DNA of 63,223 nucleotides, filler included, from Octopus bimaculoides (lineage: Eukaryota): the NCBI RefSeq assembly GCF_001194135.2. It is 4 parts of 3 records of this genome, joined end to end, with 100 filler letters (N's around TTAATTAATTAA, not from the genome) between each part and the next. Parts side by side here need not be neighbours in the genome. Positions count along the whole stretch, not along the records: positions 25,658 to 56,596 come from NC_068982.1; positions 56,697 to 62,016 come from NC_068989.1; positions 62,117 to 63,223 come from NC_069000.1; 1 more part is not named here. The stretch is one strand, 5' to 3'. The notes under the pieces were generated by a model, which saw only the letters and a program-made list of their open reading frames with translations, did no database searches and was not told the origin of the DNA. Numbering within the stretch: the stretch's first letter is position 1; the number at the start of each line of letters is the position of its first letter. The position numbers and the translations under genes were made by a program. Below are positions 51,061 to 63,223 of this stretch, in pieces.

Positions 51061-52855
51061 TTGCAGCTGTTGTTAATGTTTTTTCATGTCCTTGCTCTTG
51101 TTCTTGGTAATGTTATTAATGTTGTTGTTGCAGCCGTTTTCGTTGTTGTGCGTTAAAGTGTACGGATATTTTTCCCGATGTCACTAATATTAGTTGGATG
51201 TTAGCGTGGTTTATTTGATAATGAAAATGACATTTCTATTTTATTTTATTATCAATGCAGTTTAAAATACGTGGATGTCTGTCCCATTAACCTAGGCTGA
51301 TGAAATTCTGTCTTTTAAAACATTTATTTTCTGTATTTCGTATACATATACAGTTACACTTTTCAATTACGCTCTTCTCCAAAGGGCAATGACGCGTGGT
51401 CCATTAAAATATAACAGTACGTATTGTTAATGGTGACCTTTGGAGAAGACTGCAGATTGTTTGCCGGAGTGCTCCATAAAAGAGGTGAGCAATGCCTCCC
51501 AATTTTTTGTCCGTACCTAACATATCTGTAATGCGATTTGCTTGTCTAATTGCTAGTAACGTGGCATCGGCTTAAAAACAAGGTAATTTGCTTAACGACT
51601 ATAGATCACTGGATACAGACACTGTTTCGTTTTCTGTTCGTCTTTAAAATTATAATATAATACTCTTGCTCTCAGTGCTGCTTAGTGGGGTCGAAAGTAG
51701 TAACAAAGTGTACTCTACAGAATTTTGGTAATCTGACTGCATATTGCTAACCGAAGTTCAGCGTAGTTGACATTATTTCTATGAATGGATAGCAAGGAAA
51801 AGAGTCGAAAGCTTTGTTGATGTCGATGGAAGTTAAACTGCTTATAATGTGTGGGAAACGTTTTCTTATTGAACGTATTTCATCTATTAGATTATTGAGT
51901 AGTGTGGTGGTTTAGTGCGCTGATTGTGTGTTTTTTATTTGAAATGGGATGTGTGTGGATGAGTAATGTGAAGAGTTAGTATTTCTAGATTTTTGGGAGG
52001 TGTACATTAGAGGATGTTGTGACTCTGTGATGTTCATTTACTTGGATATTTGATGGGCTTTATTATAATTTTATTAATATTCCAGATTTTTTAATAGTAA
52101 TTTCCAGAATACTAATTTCAAGAATTTGAGACTATTAATACGAGTGGTTGTTAATGTTAGTGACTGCAGTGATTTCTTTAAGCCAAGGTGTTTTAGATGT
52201 ATGTATGTGGTGTTGTTTAACATTGGGAAGTTTTTAGTTACTTAGCAACATTGACGTTATTTTAATCGATCGTTTCCAAAAATTTCGACTGCTTTGTATC
52301 TAACTTAAGATTTTATAACCTAGATTTATAACCTAAATCTAGTGCTTGAACATGGCATGATAAACATAGTTTGTCTCTTGTACACATATTTTAAGTTGAA
52401 TTGATAAGAGTGTAAATGAAGTTTATATCAACGGTTCAAGGTCTACAGTTGTATGGTCTTGAAAAGAATTAATTTTGAGGTGGGGGGGGGAGAGAAGACG
52501 AAAGCATCAAATGAGGTACAGTGGCGGTATTATATACCGTATTAATTCTGGCGAACAAAGTTCATTGATACAGAAGTAGAAGAGAGTGAAAAGACATAGC
52601 TCAACTACGAATCCCTAGTATTGATGAATGAATCTTTGTCAATCAACTGATCGACTCTTGTTTCTGTAACTGCATTAATGTCTCTGAGATGTGAGCAGTC
52701 TCAAAAGAGGTTGGACTATGCTATACCGTCATCAATTCATGAAAAATTATCTATTTTCTAATCTAACATGGAAATCTTGTGATGATACAAAATGATATAT
52801 TATTGTTGTTGTTTTTGCTGCTGTTGATGTTATTGTTGTTGTTGTTGCTGTTGCT

Positions 52856-53065
52856 AAGGCGGCGAGCTGGCACAATCGTTAGCACGCAAGTTGAAATGCT
52901 TAACGGCATTTCGCCCGTCGCTACGTTCTGAGCTCAAATTCCGCCGAGTTCGACTTTGCTTTTCATCCTTGCGAGGTCGATAAATTAAGTACTAGTTACA
53001 TACTGGGATCGATCTAATAGACTAGCCTCCTCCCCAAAATGTCAGGCCTTGTGCCTATAGTAAAA
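52856..53065 (+). mobile_element. SINE family B copy (others at about 320-470, 10610-11045, 14585-14780, 22045-22200, 36095-36305, 37370-37572, 37750-37930, 39257-39460)
   Basis: AAGGCGGCGAGCTGGCAC...GAGCTCAAATTCCGCCGAGTTCGACTTTGCTTTTCATCC. Confidence 0.8.
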
Positions 53066-53099
53066 AATTATTATTATTATTATTATTATTATTGTTGTT

Positions 53100-53515
53100 G
53101 TTTTACTTCTCAAAACGCTCTATCTGGTTTGCTCTGGTAGATTTTGTGAGAGCGGACAGCAACTTGCTATCACAGGTTTCACGGAGTCTCTTTCCTCACA
53201 TTATATGCTTTGGTACTTGGTTGTTAATTATCGTTGGAGACATTCAACATTCAAGTAACAATCTCAAAATCCCAGCTGTCCGATTTCCCTGACATATTTG
53301 TCGAAATTGGTTGTTAGTGCTCCGAATGTCCCTACAACTACTGGAATGACAGACAATCTCCAGATAGTCCACATTCTATTATCTTCGTTTCCTTTTTTTC
53401 CCCTTTATCTACTACAATAATATCTGGTCCCACAGTGTCGATTAGAGAGTCACATTGGATTGTAAAATCCCACAGTATCTTAAATTCTTTGTTCTTGGCG
53501 ACTCCTTCTGGTTCA
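53100..53515 (-). mobile_element. Dong/R4-like RLE 3' fragment
   Basis: Reads KILWDFTIQCD...PDIIVVDK and IPVVVGTFGAL. Confidence 0.65.
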
Positions 53516-53589
53516 TGTTAATTATTATTATAGACGTCTCACAGTATAAAATATCATGAAGTTGTTGACTGAAGATATTTGTACTGTTT

Positions 53590-53977
53590 GTCAATTCACA
53601 ACGAGGACCTCAGACAGACATTACCTCACGCAATATGCGTGCAGTTCCAAGTAATGCCGACTTTTGTAATACACCTAGATTGTAGGGTGTTTCTAAAGTT
53701 TTCAGGTGATTTTTTTCAGCTTGGGTGGTATTGAACCCAGTGCTCCGATGACAATAGGGATAATCTTTATGTTTGACTCATGTAGCTGCCACATCTTAGC
53801 CATCTCAATTCTCAAGTCTCCATATTTATCAACTTTTTCTCTTTCTTTCATGATGATATATTGATCTCCTAGCACTGCCACATCAATTATTAGGCACTCT
53901 TGTTTGTCCCTCCTAAAGGTTACTATATCTGGCATTCGGTGTTCTAATACCTTGTCTTTCTGGAAGTCAAAGTCCCA
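53590..53977 (-). mobile_element. Dong/R4-like RLE domain fragment
   Basis: Reads WDFDFQKDKVLEHRMPDIV...LIIDVAV...EKVDKYGDL...IIPIVIGALGSIP (PD..D..K RLE motif). Confidence 0.85.
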
Positions 53978-54007
53978 ATTATTATTATTGTTGTTGTTGT
54001 TATTGGG

Positions 54008-54430
54008 TGAGAGCAGTGCATGCCACCAAAGTGACACTGAGGTACAAATATACGAAGTCCATTATACCTATCATGACTACCCGTCTGATAAGGGTACTCC
54101 AGACACATGCATCACAACCATATGTGCGCGCCATGGTGATTTTATATCACGATAAACAGCGCATGAGCTAGCAGGTGGGTCCCAATTAGAATTTTCTTCA
54201 GATTAAGGTAGCCCATTCCCGAATAATGTTTAAGGATGATGAACAAAACACCCATGCTTCCAGAAATGAATTATTCAAACACCAAAGAATTCCTCTCGAC
54301 ACATGGATATGATGGTCCCCCACTCCTTCTGTTCTTGATCAGAGATGCACATATCGCCAGCCACTAAGGGACATGCACAAATGGCTAAGGTCAAGCAAGT
54401 GACAAGCAAATCTCTGGTATGGAGCTTTGG
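54008..54430 (-). mobile_element. Non-coding retroposon with a TAA-type tail (family D; paralogue at 32830-33310, stub at 55584-55621)
   Basis: GAGAGCAGTG(C/T)ATGCCA..AAAGTGACACT...CTGATAAGGGTAC.CCAG.CACATGCATCAC is shared, and each copy abuts (TTA)n. Confidence 0.75.
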
Positions 54431-54531
54431 TATTTGCTTTAGCCCACCATTTATTATACTAAGACAAAACAATATACACGATAACACTTCTAATCAAAGT
54501 CAGAAGCCATGAGATCCATTGCCTAGTACAG

Positions 54532-55573
<1,042 letters not shown>

Positions 55574-55621
55574 GTTGTTGTTGTGTGTGAGAGAGCAGTG
55601 CATGCCAATTAAGTGACACTG

Positions 55622-55686
<65 letters not shown>

Positions 55687-55691
55687 GTTAT

Positions 55692-56229
55692 TATTCAGTA
55701 GTCTTATTTTTATTACGTGCTTTCACTGCACTACCGAACGCAGCTCTGTGTGCTTTAGTTATGTGTTGTGGTTTGTTGTGGTGTCCTTATTTTTACTGTA
55801 TTGAAAGTGTTTTATGTGTGCAGTTCCTAGTAGCGCTCTTTTCTGTTTGCTATATATACCTGTTAGCCCAGGTGTTTTTGTTATGTATTTGCCTGAATAC
55901 TTTTTATCATACCTAATTACCTACTACGATAGAAATTGTTTTGTTTTTAGACTCCATATTCGAGTTACCTCTATTTCCAGATCTTTGTATTTTGAAAGTT
56001 TCTCCGTTTCTTTTAGAGAAACATTGTCATCCGTTGGTATTGATATATCGATTAGAAAGCATTTTCTTCCTTTGTGATCTCTGATAACTATACCTGGCTT
56101 ATTGGCCTTAATTTCTCGATTTGTGTGTTTTGACATATCTCAGAGTATGGTGGCTTTCTCATTTTCTGTGACCTTTTCTGGCCTGTGACTATACCGTCCT
56201 TTTTCTGTTGTTATTCGATAAAGCTGGCA

Positions 56230-56262
<33 letters not shown>

Positions 56263-56596
56263 TCAGTAGTTTTATTTTTATAACGTGCTTTCACTTCACT
56301 ACCCAGCGCAGCTCTGTGCGCCTTGGGTATGTGCTGTGGTTTGCTGTGGTGCTCTTATGTTTACTGTATTGAAAGTGTTTTGCGTAGAATGTGTGCAGTA
56401 CTCAGTAGTGCAATTTTCTGTATGTTATATATATATTTGTAAGTCCTGGTGTTTTTGTTATGTATTTGTCTGAATATTTTTTTATTATACCTAAGGCACC
56501 TACTATAATAGGAATTGTTTCTGGTTTTAGATTCCACATTCGAGTTATCTCTATTTCTATTTTGATTTTTGGGAGATATAATCTGTGATCCATTCT
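55692..56596 (-). mobile_element. Two further Dong/R4-like 3' ends (55692-56225 and 56258-56596), each with a (TAA)n tail
   Basis: Near-identical 3' UTRs (TTCAGTAG..TT.TATTT...ACGTGCTTTCAC...GCAGCTCTGTG) shared with 54646. Translations include KPGIVIRDH..CFLIDISIPTDDNV..KLSKYKDL and ETIPIIVGALG. Confidence 0.8.
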
Positions 56597-56696
56597 NNNN
56601 NNNNNNNNNNNNNNNNNNNNNNNNNNNNNNNNNNNNNNNNTTAATTAATTAANNNNNNNNNNNNNNNNNNNNNNNNNNNNNNNNNNNNNNNNNNNN

Positions 56697-57180
56697 ACAT
56701 CCTATATTTGAAACTATATCTCATGTTTAAGAAAAAAAAAAGCATTTTACATTTTCATTTTTCATGACCGCTGACACTCTGTCTTCCTTACTCCCCTCTC
56801 CCACTTTTTCTTTCGTTAAATGCTTTCTGTCTCCCTCTCCCACTTTTTCTTTACTTTTTTTGTTAGACGCTGGGAAACTATCTCTCCCTCACTCCCCCTC
56901 TCACACATACATCAACACAATTTCTCTCTCTTTCATGCACATATGCACACTTTGACTTCGCCATGTTAGCAAACTTCAAAATTAGTAAAAGTTATGGTTG
57001 AAATCGATTTTTACAGCCATACGCGGGTGCCTCTGAGAGAAAAAATTGACGAAAATGCAGATAGGGTCATGACGAATGTCCTCCTAAAATTGGAGCGACA
57101 TGCATGCTAATTTGTGGACATGCATAAATTACATTCACGTACACACACACACACATCCTGCCTTTTATATATACAGATAT
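56697..57180 (+). mobile_element. Possible Helentron/DINE-like non-autonomous element
   Basis: CT-rich internal repeats, AAATCGATTTT, and a (CA)n followed by ...CTTTTATATATA.AGAT end. Pattern recognition only. Confidence 0.3.
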
Positions 57181-57747
57181 ATATAATTTCTTAGGTATAT
57201 AAAATATAAATATTTGAGCTCTTGAAGATTTTGTGATGAGGGAGTATTTAATACTTGAGATAACAGAAATGGCTGTGCCAGACTAAAAATGCTTTACTGT
57301 AGTTTTTATCCCTCTATTCAATTCTCAATTTTATTTTACTATTTTTGAAAAAGGTATGAACATGCTAATGTAATTCTATAGTCACTATCAAACTTAGACT
57401 GTCCAGTTGATATTTCAATATTACATCCACAGTATAACCAAAAGAGTAGAATTCTCACTATAAGCACTGCTTATCCAGGAGGAATCTTGGAGTATTTACA
57501 CAATACTACATGCCAAAAATGAGCACCACTTTTCATATAATGAGTATGCTCTAATTTCCTTTTATATGAAACAAATGCAACTATTGCTAATACTCTATTT
57601 TTCAAATTACTTTTTCAGCTAAGTTAATTCTTCCTTTTTGAACAGCCTTTCTCATCATCTCTATATTGTTGTGTTAATTAGACATTTTGTGATCAGCCCC
57701 AGTCAACATTCTTCAGATTTATGAGGCTCATACTTTACTATATATAA

Positions 57748-59830
57748 CACTGGGCTGCATTTTAAAGTAGAATTTTTTTGCTTTTGTCATGAAAGGCATC
57801 TATCTTATCTAATTTGGGGTTGTTGATTTCAAACTGTCAAATGTTAGCAATAAAAAAAAGTACGTGTATTAGAAGTTATAATTATCTTGTGATAGTACAG
57901 TCATTTTAGTTGTTTTATGGGAAGATATAATCCTTTTTGGCAACATTGAGGTACGTATATTAGGTTAATAGGTATAAAAATTAGATACTTTATAAAATGT
58001 TGTACTATCGACCCATGAAATCTGTCAATAAAATACATCAGTATCACTGAAATAACACAATAATAAATAGTGCTACATTCTCAGAAGAAATGCACCTTCC
58101 AGCCAACAAATTCCATCCATTTCATGTTGAGTTTATATCTGACGATGTAGAGTTAGTATGAAAACAAAGCTAGTTTGTTTAAAGCAGCAACTTTCTTTTC
58201 TTGGATTCTTAGACATAGTCACTTCTATTATGTTCCCTTATTAAGCATCTACAATAGTTTGCCATCATGTTCAAATTCCACCACCACTGGTATCTTTCTG
58301 TGTCTTAGTGAAATGCAAAGAGTGTTTCCACCAACAGCTCCTTAACTGGTAATTTAAATAACTGTTGAGGAAATGCACTTTGATATTCAAATTACATCCT
58401 CACTTCTGGAAAAGAAAAAGTAACTAATTCACCTAATATTCATAGATTTTGTATCTTTTGTTGCACAAAGGGTCATCCACATCTGTTGATGTTATCTAGG
58501 GATTTTTTCTCAATAGGTTTAAGTAAACTTATAAATAGCTCATCTTTCATTAATACTTTTTATCTTAGACCTGTCTAAGATACTTGCCTTCAATTTCTTT
58601 CAACTTAAAGTAGGAAATTCTCAATGTAAATATTTGGAAAAAAATCTAAATTTTATCAAATTGTTTCATGAAACCTAGCAAGATGTTTTCCAGCTTTAAA
58701 AAATCTTTTTTCCCAACCATTCCTTTCTTACACGGTGATCTTGTTGAGTTTGTCTCATAAACACAAACAACAAAGAAATTTAGTGTAATTGCTTTTTCAG
58801 TTGAGCAGAATGTAAATCACTTTCAGATTTCTACATATGTTTTGTAAACTTGCACACGCAAGTGTTACCAGTCGAGAACTCCGCATGCTGTTTTGGAGCC
58901 TGCCTCTCAATGGCATCACTGCGCACCTCTCTAATATGAGATCCTGGTTACTAGATCAACTGGTTATTAAATATAGCTCAATATTCCTCTAGCCATTGCT
59001 CATCGTCTCTTTTTAACCAAATCCAGTGGCTAGCCTTCTCCACTGTAATTTGGATATCGGTCATGGTGGTATTTACTTTACAATGAGTTAAGCCTAACAA
59101 TAACAGGCATTTGAAGTATTTGAGCTTTTCCAACACAACTTTCATGGTTTCATAACTTCCTTTTAGTTGTATTAAGTGACAAGCTGGTACAGAATTAAAT
59201 ACATTTCCATTGCTCCACAAAATACAATAAACTGGCCTTTGAGCTGTCAATGAGAAGTTGCTAGTTGCCTGATTCATATTACCATCACATTTAACAAACC
59301 ATTAATATCATTGCAATAAATAATGTCATCTTCCATACTAGAGATCTGCAACTAATTTTTTTTTCTCTATGTTAACAAAAACTTCAGCATGGATCCCAAT
59401 AATTCTGCTGAAGTCTTTAAATTATGCCCTAACTTAATTCAAGTAACCATGTTTCAGCAGGTTACATGCAACACTCAAATTGATGACATCTAACTTATAG
59501 CAAGAACAAGCACTCTGACATAATAAAGTACAATTCTAATGGAAAGTTTGAGTAATCTGTCTACAAATTAGTCCTGAGGTTATGTCCAGAAATATCAGCC
59601 ATACAAAAATAGCAATCTTCATGATGATTTGTCAGTTCTAGTCCAGTCCATTAGCACACTAAAGTTCATTATTTTTTTAGACTTTTACCTTTGGTCCATT
59701 GCGTCAGATGTATGAAGCAAGCTGACAAAGTGAGAAGCCTTGGTTTGTTTTGATCACTCAATTTCACTCAAAAATACATGAATACAATATAAAACTTAAT
59801 TTTCATTAGGTCTAAGTATCAGAAGATCCA
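57748..59830 (-). mobile_element. Degenerate CMC/Chapaev3-like DNA transposon
   Basis: Frameshifted motifs on the minus strand: VKLSDQNKP, NHHEDCYFCMADI, LWSNGNVFNSVP..QLKGSYETMKVVLEKLKY, GFMKQF, CNLNIKVHFLNS, ERYQWWWNLNMMANYC. CAC terminus at 57748 preceded by TAA. Family name from recalled motifs. Confidence 0.65.
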
Positions 59831-60048
59831 AGCAGAAGTAAATAAGGAAACGTGTCTTGAATCGAGTTAGCCAACCTGGGAAAACTAAGAAACCAACATT
59901 TAGAACTGTTCTACTCCTGCAACTGTTCAAAGTTTACAGGTTATTCTTTTCAAGTGGTTTACGGCCATTCTCAGCTAATAACAGTTACAAGTTGAAACTT
60001 TCTGTTTTAAAAAGCTTTGCCAGATACTCTCTGTTTTAGGGAGTGTGG

Positions 60049-60309
60049 TGTGATGGAGGAAAAAGACAACAAGAAGCAAAAGGACAGAATGAAACGTTGG
60101 ACCTCTTACCTTGTCGACCGCAGTGGAGTACACGATCGCTCCTGATCAGAACACGTCTTTCTCATAACCTCTCTGTTTTCTGACTGACTCCATGTGCTAG
60201 CCTTCGACCGTGTGTCGCCGACTTCCGATCTGACCCTTCCGGTCTGGCTTCACCTCTGTTTGCCTCACCCCTCTCCACCACAACACACAGCTCATCACAG
60301 CCCATAACA
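60049..60309 (-). repeat. 3' LTR (261 bp) of the Gypsy-like element
   Basis: On the minus strand it begins TGTTATGG directly after the PPT and ends CCATCACA (7/8 terminal inverted match, TG...CA). Confidence 0.75.
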
Positions 60310-62016
60310 CCCGCCACCCCTGATCTATAGATCATTCAACCGGCTCTCCCACTCACTCTTCGCTCCCGAACTACCTTAATTGGTTTCATAATCAGCCAAC
60401 CAGGGAGGAGGGTACCACTCCTTCTGTGGTCGCTGTGCGACCCCGGGACTGGCCTGAGTTCCTGGCGCGCTGCCTTCATCATCTTGCCTACTGCTGCTGT
60501 CTTCATCATCCTGCCCACTGCAGCTGGTTCCATCCTCTGAAGCACTGACAATCTTCCGCACATCCAAAACATGGTGTGGCATACCATCGACTGAGACGTT
60601 CTTTGAATTGATGGAGGTTATAGTTCCTTTCCCCCATTGTGATGTGCACCATGCATTTGGGGGTTTTGCCCAAACCTCTTCCCCGATCTGCACGNNNNNN
60701 NNNNNNNNNNNNNNNNNNNNNNNNNNNNNNNNNNNNNNNNNNNNNNNNNNNNNNNNNNNNNNNNNNNNNNNNNNNNNNNNNNNNNNNNNNNNNNNNNNNN
60801 NNNNNNNNNNNNNNNNNNNNNNNNNNNNNNNNNNNNNNNNNNNNNNNNNNNNNNNNNNNNNNNNNNNNNNNNNNNNNNNNNNNNNNNNNNNNNNNNNNNN
60901 NNNNNNNNNNNNNNNNNNNNNNNNNNNNNNNNNNNNNNNNNNNNNNNNNNNNNNNNNNNNNNNNNNNNNNNNNNNNNNNNNNNNNNNNNNNNNNNNNNNN
61001 NNNNNNNNNNNNNNNNNNNNNNNNNNNNNNNNNNNNNNNNNNNNNNNNNNNNNNNNNNNNNNNNNNNNNNNNNNNNNNNNNNNNNNNNNNNNNNNNNNNN
61101 NNNNNNNNNNNNNNNNNNNNNNNNNNNNNNNNNNNNNNNNNNNNNNNNNNNNNNNNNNNNNNNNNNNNNNNNNNNNNNNNNNNNNNNNNNNNNNNNNNNN
61201 NNNNNNNNNNNNNNNNNNNNNNNNNNNNNNNNNNNNNNNNNNNNNNNNNNNNNNNNNNNNNNNNNNNNNNNNNNNNNNNNNNNNNNNNNNNNNNNNNNNN
61301 NNNNNNNNNNNNNNNNNNNNNNNNNNNNNNNNNNNNNNNNNNNNNNNNNNNNNNNNNNNNNNNNNNNNNNNNNNNNNNNNNNNNNNNNNNNNNNNNNNNN
61401 NNNNNNNNNNNNNNNNNNNNNNNNNNNNNNNNNNNNNNNNNNNNNNNNNNNNNNNNNNNNNNNNNNNNNNNNNNNNNNNNNNNNNNNNNNNNNNNNNNNN
61501 NNNNNNNNNNNNNNNNNNNNNNNNNNNNNNNNNNNNNNNNNNNNNNNNNNNNNNNNNNNNNNNNNNNNNNNNNNNNNNNNNNNNNNNNNNNNNNNNNNNN
61601 NNNNNNNNNNNNNNNNNNGCCCCTCACTGGATCCTCTGCTCTCACTCTGACCAAGACTTCCTGCATCATGTCGGTCGTTTTCTCCCCAACTCTGTCATTC
61701 CACTTTGCTCCTTCGGCTCGTCTCTTGATGAAGCTACATGCTGTCCGAAGCCATCCTGCAACCGGGTAATGTCCCACCAGCTTCCCGCACACCGAGAACA
61801 GTTCCCATCTACTCACGCTGGTGCCCAGTTCAGGGATCTCGTTCCCACGCCGAAACACCAATGCACTGGCCTTGTCTCTCCGTAGCTTGAGGCCCAGTGC
61901 AGCGCCTACTTCCATAGCCTCTGGTGGCTTGGCGACCAGTCCGAACTTCTTCAGGTGGCCTATGACCTCCGTTGCTGGCACTATGGTTTCATCCACAAGG
62001 ATGTCATCAATGTACG
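60310..62016 (-). mobile_element. Ty3/Gypsy-like retrotransposon pol (RT YIDD, RT-RNase H connection region, integrase C-terminus); middle in an N gap
   Basis: YIDDILVDE at about 61990-62015, ELFSVCGKLVGHYPVAGWLR, and a GPY/F-like C-terminal region EEVWAKPPNAWCTSQWGKG ending at the stop at 60376. Purine-rich PPT AGGGGTGGCGGG (60321-60310) abuts the LTR. Confidence 0.85.
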
Positions 62017-63223
62017 NNNNNNNNNNNNNNNNNNNNNNNNNNNNNNNNNNNNNNNNNNNNTTAATTAATTAANNNNNNNNNNNNNNNNNNNNNNNNNNNN
62101 NNNNNNNNNNNNNNNNCCGAACATTTCTTTGACGTTTTGATCTTGCACGATATAAAATTAGTTCTTACTTGGCGTGTGAACAGCTTTATCATCGAGAGAT
62201 TTCTTGGAAAGGAAACGGTTCTGTGAAAAAATAGAAATAACATCACGGAAATAGATTTTCAGATAATTCATCAATGATTACAATTTGAAGCTAAACAATA
62301 CAATAATGGCACTTTTGGACAGCTTCTTTTGGAGATTTGTGTGATAACTTCATTATTAATCCCACCAAATTTAAATTGTTGTTTCACAACTTGGTGGTTT
62401 ACCGCTTTCTTACCGCTTCTGTGCATCGGTACTCCTTTATTTCATGCTTTTTTTTTTTTGGCAAAAGCATATCCATCACAATAAGAGCTAATTAAGTTTA
62501 ACGAATGAAGACACGCACGGAGAATGTAGCAAATGCATTTAGAAAAACTTATCTTCTAGTTTGTAAATCTACAAACAAGTGGGTAGATATCCCAGAATCA
62601 ATTCATTTCGCTTTCTACGTAACCTACATTTAAAAATATATTTACCTTTCTGTGCGCATTTATTCAGCTGAAGTCTCCGCATCTTCCAAACAAAAATGGT
62701 GAACGAACATAGATTGAAAATTCTGAATGTATTTACACCATTCTCCGTGCGTGTTTACATATACTGAGAGAAACATGGTTTTGGAATTTTATTCTTCTTT
62801 CAAGTAAAAAGTTACTTACTGTACCCTGTGTTTGATACATTCAACGTGCATGTTGACGTACAGTGAGAGATACGTGGTTTTGGAGAGTTTCATTTTTCGT
62901 TCACTGGAAAAGATACTTATTTTCACAGACAAAATCTGTGCAGTATTCAGCGGTCCACAAGGTTATATATATGCGTTTGTGTGTATGTATGGGTGCATCT
63001 CTTCGTGTGCGAATACGTGTTTGATCGGGAGGGAGCTTATGTAACGCCAATGATTTGATCTCTGTAAACAAATCATCCCAGTAATTCTTCGGCAATAAAT
63101 TATGAAAACGATAGTGTATGTATATATATATACTTGTGTGTGTTTCTATGTGTATGCGTGTGTCATTGTGCCTCTGTGTCTGTATGGGCACATCTATATA
63201 TGTATGTTTATATATATATATAT

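Noticed and set aside
62929-62961. 33-nt phase 1-1 segment (CAG...G|GT) as the next SLCO exon
   Set aside because: The peptide KICAVFSGPQ does not resemble the expected TM7 region and the donor is weak.

Overview
AT-rich, repeat-dense eukaryotic DNA from a gapped draft scaffold (many N runs, three TTAATTAATTAA linker inserts). The SINE families and the (TA)n/(TG)n/(TATC)n/(TAA)n load point to an Octopus-like coleoid cephalopod; this is inference from repeat recognition, not a database hit. Only one host gene is well supported: four phase-compatible coding exons (42836-48574, + strand, about 376 codons) of an organic anion transporting polypeptide (SLCO/OATP) carrying the DPRWIGAWWLG signature. 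Its 3' half was not found in the window. The rest is transposon debris: two mariner loci, a Tigger/pogo remnant, a Chapaev3-like DNA transposon, a Ty3/Gypsy-like 3' end with an intact 261-bp LTR, RTE, CR1/L2-group and Dong/R4-like LINEs, Penelope-like (PLE) pieces, several tRNA-derived SINE families, MITEs and minisatellites. No CRISPR array, rRNA, bona fide tRNA or prokaryotic system is present. The most interesting signals are RNA-level. A 393-bp insertion in a mariner carries a 67-bp direct repeat holding all hammerhead-ribozyme core segments with flush complementary stems, but in a non-canonical (not circularly permuted) order. Several minimal type-I hammerhead-like motifs with variant cores sit in PLE-type repeats. 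Also notable are a TAA-microsatellite hot spot of Dong/R4-like 3' ends, a twin-priming-type PLE inversion, minisatellites caught at birth, long fold-back palindromes, and a CpG-depletion shift across the window. Most transposon boundaries are approximate and all family assignments are by eye.
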